Part shown: piece after piece, positions 1-11,307 of the stretch
Layout: each line of letters opens with the position of its first letter
How positions within the stretch are numbered: position 1 is the stretch's first letter
Assembly (NCBI GenBank): GCA_032718475.1
Contig: JAUCBJ010007820.1
Location: 1 to 41,332 of the forward strand
Reading direction: 5' to 3'
Length of the DNA stretch: 41,332 bases
From: Nemertoderma westbladi
Lineage: Eukaryota > Animalia > Xenacoelomorpha
The notes under the pieces: model-generated
What the model was told of the DNA's origin: nothing
The model's input: the letters and a program-made list of their open reading frames with translations, nothing else
Database searches by the model: none
Program-made: the position numbers and the translations under genes

Positions 1-538
1 TTACTTTTTAAATAAGCAGTGCGGGGTTGTTATAACTTCTGGTTACTTCTTAAAGAAGCAGTTTTTTATCTACTCACTCATATACCTATCTGATTAATAT
101 AGTTAATTTATGGGTATCAAATAAAACTGTCAGCCTTTTTTAGCCTGTACTGGTAATACTAATGTATATGTGAGTCGCCCATTACTTGTAAATTGTAATA
201 ATGGATGAAACACCTTCTGAAAGCGAAGCCTCGAAAAAACCAAATAATCTCAACGTTCGTGTTGCTTGGAGTTTAGCCCCGTTATTAAATAAAACAGTTT
301 ATCTATTCAATCAATATATTTCTGCCACCAGGGCTATCATCAGGATTATAAAGAAAATAAAAACTAGCACCTACAGGTTCATATAAATCTAAAAGGAAAG
401 TACAAAATTTATATTATAAGAAAATTTTATATACATCAGTTCAGCACTTGCATATAAACCTTAACTTTAACGGCACTTTTTAATGACTATGGTTTCATAG
501 GCCTACCCGTTAGGACTTCTTACTGTAAAAGTATTCAC

Positions 539-573
539 TATGTATGTATGTATGTATGTATGTATGTATGTAT
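539..573 (+). repeat. (TATG)n microsatellite, possibly part of a DINE-1/Helentron-like non-autonomous element
   Basis: 8 perfect TATG copies plus TAT. The Helentron-like context is only a resemblance. Confidence 0.8.
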
Positions 574-1330
574 AGCGGGTTAACTCCTCCGAAACTATAG
601 CTCGTCCGTCAATGAATGTTATATCAATCGACGCAGCTCAACCCCAGGATGTGGATAAAAAAAATTCGAAAATATCGAAAAAAATTATTAAAGTGTCTTT
701 TTGTTATTCGAAAAATAACTTAATTTAATTTATATTTCGCAAACAACTGTAACAAATTAATGTTCTAGTTGAACAATAAACTCAACAAAATAATATGATA
801 TAAATAAGCCTACCTATAATACACAAACAAATCAAATTATAAACAAGTCAAATTATATATAAACAATTTATAAACAACCCAACTTTGCAATGCAGCCAGC
901 CAGACTCTTAAATACAAAGCAACAGAGTATATTTGCACCATTTTAGTTGATCCATAAAACGGCGATTAAACAGTACACATGGAAGCGAGAGTGAATGTAC
1001 TGTAATTTAATGTAATGTACAGTACTATATAGCAATAAATAAATTAGCAATCGAAAAATTAGAAAAATAACACATTTATTTTTCTACTTCCTTCCAACTT
1101 ATGCCTGTTGGCGGTTATAAATTCATTCGCTCATGCCAAAACACGGGCTGTGCCATTATGATTATGATGTACTCTGTCAAACATACTGCACTGTGTACCC
1201 TGGAAAATAGTCACACAAAAAGTTCAATTAGTTTATTATTTTTTCTAAGGGGAGGTGGGGGGTGGGGGGGGGGGGGCGCCAAAATCGTGGCGGGCCCCCC
1301 TGCCACAAACATCAGCTACGCCACTGCATA

Positions 1331-3212
1331 TGTAAAAGCTTTTGCGGATCTAGCTAGTTATTTTCCCCGCAAAGTACTCTGTAGGTATTTTAGCGGACAT
1401 AAAAAGCCGTTTCCTTACTGTACCGGTGTTTTATTGGACATAAAAAGCCATTTCTTCTGTATGTGTACTTTAGCGGACATAACTAGCGATTTTATGTCGC
1501 AATACGCCAAAATACTCTTGATACAGTGTAGTTCAGATGACGACATCTATCAGCTGATATGTCCACGTGTAACTTTTTCTTTGTTCTTTGTTCGGTCGAC
1601 CAATCAGAGCGATTTTCATTTTATTTGTACAGAAACCTCCGGGAAATCGCGCAATGCATTATGGTTTATGTTTACCTTTTTTCCAGAGACCAGAACATCG
1701 GTTGTGGAATTATTCTGTGTTTCAGACTTTAGCCAAACATTAGAACGGCTTTGATCATAGAAACGTATAACTGTTATCAAACCACAAAGCAGACTCATAG
1801 CAAATCAACTCAATCTTTCACCGCATTATTTTACTGCTATTTACTGTCGGTTATTAATTGTATCAGTTGATGGAATATTGTTACAGTAAAGGCCACCAGA
1901 AAACGCAGATTTGTACAATTGTGAACACATTTTATCAAATGTGTACCAGTGTAATGTAATGTTGTTGAATGGGACAATTGAACATAATTGAACATAATTG
2001 AATTGGCAACAACCAACATTTTTTCGCCAAAGGATACAATTGAATACTTTTGAAACGCTTAGTAATCTGGAAACTCTCTGTAGTTTGCCGCGAACTGTCA
2101 CTCACTGCAGCTGGAAATGCGATAAGGATATTGTTTACCTTTATAGTGTGCGGTTAATAGTGTCTAGTAGGCAGGCCTATAGTTAGTGATGTTAAGGCAT
2201 CTTCTGGTGTTTCTCTGTGCCCTCTCGGTGTCAGACTAATGGCGCGACATCTCCCTGCACTAAATTAATTATGCAATGGTCTAGGCTCCTCCATCCATAT
2301 ACCCATCCACTCCCATACACTCTATGAACCTCCATGTGGTCTTGTATGTAGTTCTCTCTCTACCAATACAGCCCATGTCCGCAATGTTACGCCCTGGGGG
2401 CTCTCTCATTTACGTGATATCAGACATACTATACACAAAGCCTTTGCCGGTCCCAGCAAGTTAGCCTCCTGCTGTGTGATCTAGAAGATAACTCGCCATA
2501 AACTGCCAATCAGATGACTTGAACAAATGTGTTCACATGTGATCACATTGGATGAAATCTGCTTTTTCTGGTGGCCTGTACTGTATATTTGGAGAATATC
2601 GATAAATAACCATAAAACCCCAATCTTCTTGATATACTGAAGGTTAGAGAGACCGGTTACATATAGCAATTGCGACTTACATTATAGTGGTTTTGGAGTG
2701 AATTGAATGCTATTTCATAGGCCCTACATGTGTCCGTTGCTGTTCTCCTTATATAGGATCAAATTTAGTGAAGGTCGGCAGATCAGTGTGCAGCATTGTG
2801 CGGTAGTGTGCATGACTGTGACAGATAACAAAGCATCTCCTAAAGAATGCACTTTATACGTGAATCAATAGCCATCCCGTTGTGTTTAGTGTAAGTCATA
2901 ACTCTGTTTACATACCTAGAGCGCCACGTCCTAAAGGAACTGTTAATATTTCCCGAAAGTGAATAATATTTGTCAGAGATTATATATTAACGATCAATCG
3001 AATATTACAGTAGGCCTACACCGCAATAAGGTCAGAGCTTCCGAATCCAGTCTCCCGGGTAAATCCAGTGGGTGAATGGTCGCGCATAGGCTGGCTTCGG
3101 CTAATGTAGTTTTATGTGTATCAAATACTTGTCATAGGCTAAAGTCGATTTATAACCTAAAAGACACCTAAATTTGGCAGGTTAAACTGCTAAAGGTCTA
3201 AAAGCGCGAAAT
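1331..3212 (+). mobile_element. Probable solo LTR related to the outer BEL/Pao LTR (8763-9888), interrupted by a Tc1/mariner-type MITE
   Basis: Colinear but diverged match to 8763-9888 from TGTAAAAGCTTTTGCGGA to GGTCTAAAAGCGCGAA. Flanked by GCATA direct repeats (1326-1330, 3213-3217). The end reads AAAT rather than CA. Confidence 0.65.
1884..2583. mobile_element. Tc1/mariner (pogo-like) non-autonomous TIR element, 700 bp
   Basis: TIRs CAGTAAAGGCCACCAGAAAACGCAGATTT and AAATCTGCTTTTTCTGGTGGCCTGTACTG, with TA on both sides (1882-1883, 2584-2585). Absent from the sister copy near 9255, which shows the empty site. Confidence 0.85.
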
Positions 3213-3660
3213 GCATACAATTAATTCAACTCAGATTATATAAGCTTATATCATACGAGAACGCCATCAAGTTGGCTTTAAACGAACATGTCTTACACAG
3301 ACTCAAAGAAACGAGAAGGGGTAAAATCCGTATTAAAAATAGTACATTTGACAGATTAAAAATGGGTAAGTGTTTGAAAGGGAGATTAAAAATAGGTAAA
3401 TGTTTGGGATAACTGCCGATTTACTAAATTTCAATACATGTAATAATATGCATTATGTAACCGTAACAAAAAAATATTACATCGAAATATCGAAAAAGTA
3501 CTGTATACGTGAGACACGGTTGATATCGTACGCATATAGCATAAACGAGATCAAATACATTTAATTCAATTATTATTATTATAAATTTCTAAATTAATGA
3601 CAGACAACCAGAATTATTGTTGAGCTTCAGTTTTCTTCCTGTTATTAATTCCAGTCAGTT

Positions 3661-3960
3661 TGGCCTTCGCTGCGTCATTGACCCGTTGCGTTGGTTCCGG
3701 TAGTCTAAAATCAGGCGTAAAGTGAAGATGTGATTGACCGGCTTCGGTTTGTTCAGGAAATGAATATAGTTATTAATAATTACACCATTTGCCATTGAAC
3801 TGTGTTCTACAACTTGAGTTCTGGTACGAAACAGGTTCGATGCAATAGTTCGACTTGCGACTTGCTGTTTGCTTGATGAAACTTATCGAACAAACACAGC
3901 CTTTCAGTAGATTTCGAAATTGAGTGAACAATAGTTCTATCAAAGTCTGTAAAGTTAATT
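3661..3960 (-). pseudogene. Degenerate C-terminal fragment of a KDZ (Zisupton/HMGXB3-like) transposase
   Basis: Manual minus-strand translation gives VHSISKSTERLCLFDKFHQANSKSQVELLHRTCFVPEL, then after a frameshift TQVVEH...HFLNKPKPVNHIFTLRLILDYRNQRN. This resembles the DxFH...PEL...xQxxE...HIF region of KDZ proteins (recognised from memory). Confidence 0.4.
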
Positions 3961-4592
3961 TCCCATATTGGACTCTAACGATGCGACCAAAATACATCCA
4001 GATATCGATCCCACGCTTTGTAAATTTAGGTAAGGTTTGTTTACTTTAAGCGTTCCGATCCGTTCCGTTCCGTTCCTTCAGTTGCGAGTGACACATTTTC
4101 TTCACTTTCTTCTACAATTCGACCTAAATGTGGCGCATCAATGCTTGCAATGCACTAACCGGACCAAAGTAGCAAGTTTTAGTTTACCAAGTCAGCAAGT
4201 TGAAGTGGAGACTATGGTATAATTATAAACGAGTTGACATGCAGAGCAAACACGTTCGTGGGGCCTTCGCGCAGCACGAGGCCCAGTTATGAGATACAAA
4301 TTAAAATTGTGCGACTGTATCACAAAATCAGGTTATGAGAGATTAACCCACACCACCAATTAATCAAAGAAAGGGGGACAATACGTGTTCACCCCTTTTA
4401 ATCTGCACCCCCCCCCCCCCCCCCCGCCCCTCCCCCACCCACCAATACATAACCGCGACATCTACCACCCACGGAAGGGTAGCACGAAGTTATTTCCAAA
4501 CGCACGTTCAATTTGCAAAGCCAGGTGGTTTATAGGAATATAATCAATGCAGTACTCGTCTTCATTATAAGCCTCTTTGCGTTCGACCTGTT

Positions 4593-4988
4593 TTATATTA
4601 AAATATATTTATTAAACGCAGGCTGACGCTCTTTATAATAATAATACCTAGGGATGCCAGCTTCCAGACTTTCAATCTTTACTGCCACGCAAACCCCGCA
4701 GAGGAAGTTTTGGTTTGAGAGATCAAGCCCATCGGCAATTGGTGTTTCAATTTCGGTCCAGGAACTCTGACAATGGGAGCATTCAATCTTAGCTGTGGTC
4801 CATTCCCGTGGTTTCGGCTTCCTTTTCTTCGTCCCAATGACAGATTCTTCTGAAGACGTTCGATTCGCTTTCAGTTTATTGTTGGCGTTTGTGTTTTGAA
4901 GTTGTATTCGAGTGGACAGTCGCGCCGGTTTCGAGGTAACCATACCGACCTGTGATAAGCGTTGGTTTTGTTGAGTGCCGGTATTCAT
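4593..4988 (-). pseudogene. TE-derived ORF fragment with degenerate PHD-like cysteine pairs
   Basis: IECSHC...W...FLCGVC resembles the second half of a PHD finger, as in TE ORF1/gag N-termini. The central His/Cys ligands are missing. Confidence 0.25.
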
Positions 4989-5399
4989 CTTCTTTCACCT
5001 CTTCAATGTCAGATGTTGCAAATACTGATAACACGAATAACGGTATATATTTCAATACTTGTCAATAGTAATATATATAATTTAGATAACTATTTTATAT
5101 CTGTACTGTTGAGCAAACTCTACATAAATTTCAACCTGTGTATCGCCGGTAGTGCTGTTGCTGTGCAAGTGCTGAAGTGCTAGTTGCCACCGGTCACGCG
5201 GTCAGCCGGTACCGGTAGTAGGGTGGTACCATGGCCTACTACACACAGGCCATGACAAGGACTTGCCGTGAAATTAGCGTAGGCTGACTGATGAATTATC
5301 AAATATTATATTTTCCACGAATGCAGGGTCCATATTTAAAAGAAGATGACTAGATTTTCGTAAAGAATTTAATTGAAACAGTATTTAATAATTAATAAA

Positions 5400-5783
5400 T
5401 TAATTATCGCTCGAGTTCCTGCAGCTTTTATTCGTTTGTGGCTGCCTCTGGCTATGTTTGTGGCAGGAATGTTTGAACGCTAATAAGTCGGTCAATCATG
5501 GATGAAATGGAACCAAACTTGGTACTCATGTAGTCTATAAAAAATTTAGAAATTCTACACACAGACAGACTTCTACAGTTCCCCGGTCTGCCGCTAGGGG
5601 GCGAATTAACAGAAACGTAAAAATAGCTGTAATTATAGAACCAACGATCAGATTCATCTGAAATTTAGTAGTAGTTACCTAAGAGCATTGCTTAATTAGA
5701 AATTCTACAGAGACTTTTACAGTTCCTGTCTGCCGCTAGTGGGGAATTGTTAGAGCTCCAGTTCAACGTGCTTAGCACGGTTT
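5400..5783 (+). mobile_element. Possible DINE-1/Helentron-like non-autonomous element
   Basis: T-rich flanks, ATGAAATGGAACCAAACTTGG core (similar text near 38540 and, reversed, near 7480), internal direct repeat (about 5549-5600 vs 5698-5745) and a 3' hairpin CGTGC-TTA-GCACG at 5767-5779. Confidence 0.35.
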
Positions 5784-5866
5784 AATAAACAATCAATTAA
5801 TTATTTTATTCAATACAGTAATTATAACAGTAAAATGCAATGTATTCTATTTTTTAGTGAAATCAA

Positions 5867-6369
5867 GAGATAGGAGGGGGGGGGGGGGGGGGGGGAGACT
5901 GGACGCAAATCCCATCTTGGCGAATTAATATCCCGCCTCAAGGTTATCGTTCATATGCGTACCTCTGGCAAAAGAAGCAGGTTACAGTGGTGGTGTTTTC
6001 TAACCAAAACAATAAACTAATCTCCATTACTTAATTAACGGAAAGGAGCAGGTTACAGTGGTGGGCTTTTCTAACCAAAACAATAAACAATATCTCAATA
6101 ACATAGGGTATTTCATACTTATAGTCTTATTTTTGCAATACGAAAATACCAGAGGTACGCATATGAACTATAACTCGCCTCAATATTAATTTCTCAATTT
6201 TGGGAAAGGAGCAGGTTACAGTGGCACGTTATTTTAACCAAAACAATAAAGTAAACACAATAGAACAGGTTACAGTTTTATTTTTGAGAGTAATCAGCTG
6301 TTGTTATTTGCGTCCAATTTCCCCTGGAGAGGGATGAATTTTTATTGCGTCCAGTCCCCCCCCCTATCT
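5867..6369. mobile_element. Mutator-like MITE with 9-bp TSD
   Basis: TGAAATCAA at 5858-5866 and 6370-6378. TIRs (G)AGATAGG-polyG-ACTGGACGCAA and TTGCGTCCAGT-polyC-TATCT. Confidence 0.65.
5942..6175. mobile_element. Small TIR element nested in the Mutator-like MITE
   Basis: TIRs GGTTATCGTTCATATGCGTACCTCTGG and CCAGAGGTACGCATATGAACTATAACT. CGCCTCAA is duplicated at 5934-5941 and 6176-6183. Confidence 0.7.
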
Positions 6370-7566
6370 TGAAATCAAATACCAAAAATATATTTATTAT
6401 ATAGAACAATCTATTTGGAAATTGTAAGTTCGGCCTATATCTTTACCATAAGCTCAGTATCTTTATCTGGTGTGTTTTTATTATTTTACCAATTATTTAA
6501 TATGTTTGATAGAATTGAACAACACCGCCCAACACAACCAACTCTCTATCCGCCTCGAGCATCGAGAATACGAGAAACTCGATCGAAATACCTGCTTATC
6601 CCAGTAGTATCCGTCCGTAGTCACCGGACCGCTGCGGTTTACTCCCGTAGAACAGTAGAATTCCCGCAGCTTCCGACCCAATTCGACAACGAATTCGCTT
6701 CACACTTTCGCGTCACAGAGAACGTAATCCAGTGCGATAACGTCTGCCCAACGTTCAACCATTTCCCCCAGGCGATCCCAGGATCCGGGCCGCCGCTAAA
6801 CCCAGATCGCAATCCTCGTCGATTCGTCCAGTCGTCGACGTATGTCAGTAAGTGGGACTCTTCCCACCGCACTCCAAGGTGGGTGACCGGAGTGAGGCAT
6901 GAGGAACTTGGCAGTGGCCCGCATTACGATCTGACTGACCGCCGTATTCCCAGTGTCTGAGTGTAGTAAATACCCAAATAGAATCGTACTGACAAACAAG
7001 CAATTCCGTAGTATTCCCCCGTTAATCACCTCTTGAAGCAACTCGGCTGCTCGGGTCCAGATACATCGGACTGTCGGGAGCGTTTCAGACAGTAATGGAG
7101 CGGCATTTGCGAATATTTCCAATGGTTTTATAATAAATAAGGGGATTCAACAGTTCAATGCTAAAACAAATGGATTATTCCTAACCCCACCCCAATACAG
7201 CAATATACCTAACAGTATATAGCTTTGCAGGATTCTCGATTCAGGGATTGAGTACAGCCTGACAGTACCGGTACACATGGTAGGCCTACATGCAGAATTG
7301 CAAAATTTGTCAGAAAACCCAGCTGATTTATCCTACAGTAATAATAATTTAACGCATTTTAAATTTGGATAAACAAATGTATTATAACTGAAATAACAGT
7401 TACACTGATGCTGCACGAAGGCCCCACGCAAATTCTACTTGGAAAATTTTCAAACTTTTGCCAAACAACATGTGTACCAAGTTTGGATAGATTTCATCAA
7501 GGATTGGCCGAGTTATTAATGTTTAAAATAAAATACTGAAAAAAAACGCGACAGAACGACAGAACG

Positions 7567-7678
7567 ACAGGTTGATTAATGGTACCACTACGCTAAGGCT
7601 CACTCACTTCGTGGCTCGCCCCACAGGTTGATTAATGGTACCACTACGCTAAGGCTCACTCACTTCGTGGCTCGCCCC
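7567..7678. repeat. 56-bp perfect tandem duplication at the end of a possible Helentron-like element (about 7390-7680)
   Basis: ACAGGTTGATTAATGGTACC...GTGGCTCGCCCC occurs at 7567-7622 and 7623-7678. Confidence 0.85.
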
Positions 7679-7695
7679 ACAAAATTCCATTATTT

Positions 7696-8762
7696 TGATG
7701 CTCTGAATCGGAATAATTTACTTACAGTATATATTGTGACCAGAGAGTTGACAAAATGATATGGCGTAATTGTCAGATTGTGTATGACTGATAGCAGATG
7801 GTGAATACTGAGTGACCTGAATAGTATATTGTATAAGTAAACATAACATACGACATGCAGACATAACTACATGATAAGGGTGTGTACTACACATACCCGC
7901 CCTCCGGTAGTTAGGGGTAACCAATCTAACATCAACAAACAAAATAAACAAATTTGAAATACGATAGTCTCTAAGATACAATAGTCTCTATCTATTGGGG
8001 AAGTTAGTTAGTCGGTAATGACAGTGACTAGTGAGTAGTCACTATTTGCATAGCGTTGTGGGGGGCGGGATATACGCCCCGATCGGGTGGAAACAGATGG
8101 AGGAGCACTGCATGCGATAGGTTGTGGCCCCTGGGCGGTTATGCGCGGTGGTGCTGGTCGAGCCACAACGGAGGACCAGGTGGGCTAGGGAGGGGCTGGT
8201 GGCGGAATCTCGTGGGGCGTGAGCTGTTCGGCAGCCGTGGTTGGAGTCTCCTGTGGGGGGTCCTGGATGGTCCCTTTCGGTTGAGGTTGAACCGGTTGGG
8301 TCCCTGGCCGGGGGGGGGGGGGGGGGGCACGGAGGTGGATGCTGGTATGAGGTGTCGGGTGCAGAGGAAAACCCGGTTTCGGCGAATCACCCGGCCGCTT
8401 ATCTGGCGTATAAGGTACTCGTGTTTGGGGGCCACCTCGACCACGGTGCCATGGCCCGTCCACCGATGGCTCACAGGGTCCTGGATCAGGACTGGGTCTC
8501 CCACCGACATTGGTTGGAGGGGGCGGGTTCCACTATCGTAATGGGCCAGTAGTTTAGACCGTTGGGTTTCAGCTATGGAATCCAACTCTGAGAAGGTTTT
8601 GTGCCATCGGGGGTCTAGGGAGCAATAGTGTACCGGCAAGGCTTCCCTCAGGTTATGGCCATATAAGAGTTGGGCCGGGGATCAGCCCCCATATCTGGGG
8701 GTGTTACGATAGGCCCTGAGGCCTTGGGCGAACTGGTCGAGGTTTAGAGTGGGGTTGGAAGC
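7696..8762 (-). mobile_element. 5'-truncated Ty3/Gypsy (Mag-like) element: integrase C-terminus, PPT and short 3' LTR
   Basis: Minus strand reads YRNTPRYGG*SPAQLLYGHNLR...LQPMSVGDPVLIQD...GTVVEV...YLI...GRVIRRNRVFL, a typical Gypsy integrase tail. Purine tract GGAGGGCGGGTA at 7905-7894, then a TG...CA segment of about 198 bp (7893-7696). Broken exactly at the LTR that starts at 8763. Confidence 0.7.
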
Positions 8763-9888
8763 TGTAAAAGCTTTTGCGGACATAACAAGTAATTTTTACG
8801 CAATGCGCAGAATACTCTAAAATAGCCCTAAATTTATCCAACTACGCGACGGGAATGAATTAGAACCAAGATGACGAAATCTGTCAGCTGATTCTTTGTG
8901 GACGTGGAAGTTCTTTGTTCTGCCTTATTCAGCCAATCAGAGCAATTTTCACTTTATGTCTAACAGAAACCTATGGAAACTCGCGCAATGCATTACGGTC
9001 TTTGTTTACTATTTTCTGAGCATCAGAGCCAGCTCGGAATTTTCTGTGCTTCTGTGTGGAAGTTTCAGACTTTGGCCTAGGAACATCAGATGGCCTTGGT
9101 TATAAGAACGTAAAACTATTAACTTAATCACTTACTTAATCATATTAATTTCACATTGAACATTTACTTTACTATTTTCTGATGACACATACTGACTGCT
9201 CACCGCATTATTTTACTTCTGTTATTAATTGTTGTTATATTAATGGATATTGCTGTTATATTTGGAGAATACCTATAAATAATCATAAACCCCTCAATCT
9301 TCTTGATTACTGAGGTAAGAGGGACAGGTTTACCAGTAGCAACTGCGACTTAAATTATAGTGGGTTTGTGTGAATTAAATGCTATTTCATAATCCCTACG
9401 TGTGTCAGTTGCCATCCTCCTTATATATGATCAAATTCAGTGACGGTTGGCAGATTAGTGTGAAGTAGTGTGAAGTAGTGTGAAGTCGTGTGAAGTAGTG
9501 TGAAGGTTAATAAAGCATCTCCTAAAGAATGCGCTATTTACGAAACTCTGTGGCCATCTAGTTGCGATTAGTATAAGTCATAACTCTGTTTTTATACTTA
9601 AAGCGCCACGTCCTAAAGGAACTGTTAATATTTCCCTGAAAGTAAATATATTTGTCAGAGATTATATAGTAATGATCAATCGAATAATACAGTAGGTCTA
9701 CACTGCAATAACTCTCAAGGAATCCGAATCCAGTCTCCCACACCGTGGGTCATACGCCGCGCACGGACTGGCTTCGGCTGATGTAACTTCAGTACACTAG
9801 GTAATTGATATAGTCTAAAGTCGATTTATAAACAAGAAGACAACTAAAATTGGCAGGTTAAACTGCTAAAGGTCTAAAAGCGCGAACA
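8763..9888 (+). repeat. Probable 5' LTR of the outer BEL/Pao element (about 1.13 kb)
   Basis: Starts TG and ends CA. A homologous copy at 1331-3212 has a 5-bp flanking duplication. Lies upstream of, and in the same orientation as, the outer gag. No 3' LTR is available to confirm. Confidence 0.65.
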
Positions 9889-9892
9889 TTAA

Positions 9893-11307
9893 CCCTATTA
9901 CCACTGGGGTGTTTTGACCATTAGCACCACTGGGGGGGGGCCGATTCGGCCCACCCACTATATTTTTGTAGTCGTCCAATGAAATCCTACAAAATTTGGG
10001 CTGTTGGTGAAACAACTATAGATGAACTCTACCAAACCTTAAAAAGTTAAAATTTCATAAGCAGGGACTCATAATTTTGATGAAAAATAAAAGTAGTCCC
10101 AGGACAAAATTTCAAAATTTTTCGTTTTCTAAAAACTAATAGTGTGGCAGTGTTGGCTAGATTTAGTAGGTTTTTCAAGACGCTGAATCGAATGTGATTA
10201 TATTCCACTTCCAAAAATTGAAGTGGATGCTATTTTTCGTGCACCTAAGAAGTGGGCGTGGCACTTAAAAATTTGAAAAATTAGATATTCAGAAAATGCC
10301 CCTAATTTTTTTATTTCAACGCATCTTTATGGGTTTTCTGGGCCGCTGAATCGATTGAAAGTAATATATAAAGCTAAAGACTGAGTGGTTCGCCATTTTT
10401 GGTGCACCAAAATTAGGGCGTGGCACTTCAAATTTTGAAAAATACGAGATTCGGAAAATAAACCAAAATTGAAATTTTAACGAATTTATATAGGTTTTCC
10501 AGACCGCTGAATCGATTGAAAGTAATATAGAAGCCTGAAGACTTGGAAGTTAGCCAATTTTCGAAATCAAAACGTTAGTGTTTTTTCCGAATAAAGTAAT
10601 TTTGAAAATTTGAAGTGCCACGCCCTAATTTTGGTGCACCGAAAATTACGTACACAAAGGATTTGAGGCTTCTATATTACTTTCAATCGATTCAGCGCTC
10701 CAGAAAACCCATAAAATTAATTTGAAATCAAAACTTTAGTGAATTTTCCGAATCTCGTATTTTTCAAAATTTGAAGTGCCACGCCCTAATTTTGGTGCAC
10801 CAAAAATGGCGAACCACTAAGTCTTCAGGCTTCTATATTACTTTCAATCGATTCAGGGCTCCAGAAAACCTATAAAAATGCTTTGCAAATCAAAACTTTA
10901 GTGTATTTTCCGAATCTCGTATTTTTCAAAATTTGAAGTGCCACGCCCTAATTTTGGTGCTCCAAAAATGACGTACCACTACACTTACATACTTGTATAG
11001 AGCATTAGAGTGATCCAAACCAATAAAAATAAATAAAAATAGCCCAAACATAAATAATTACTAAATCACGAATGACTTTGTAAAATTCGAAAATTTCAAA
11101 AAATTTGGTGCTGGAGACCAAATTTTGAGGTGGCACCCACATCGAAAAGTATAAATCCAATTGCAACGGCGTTTTTTGCAAAAGATGCGGCATTAAATTT
11201 GGCTAATTCTCACAAAAAATTGGGACGGTGCGTAATGTGGTTGCATAGTTACAGCAACTAAAAACTAGGAAGGGGCCGATTCGGCCCCCCCCCCAGTGGT
11301 AATAGGG
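9893..11307. mobile_element. piggyBac-type non-autonomous element (1415 bp)
   Basis: TTAA at 9889-9892 and 11308-11311. 17-bp TIR CCCTATTACCACTGGGG. Asymmetric subterminal ACCACTG(G)nCCGATTCGGCCC. Interior made of ~161-bp units in both orientations. Confidence 0.9.

Noticed and set aside
1101-1754. 217-aa ORF
   Set aside because: It crosses a G-run, a MITE-like end (GCTACGCCACTG) and the solo LTR boundary, with no protein-like features.
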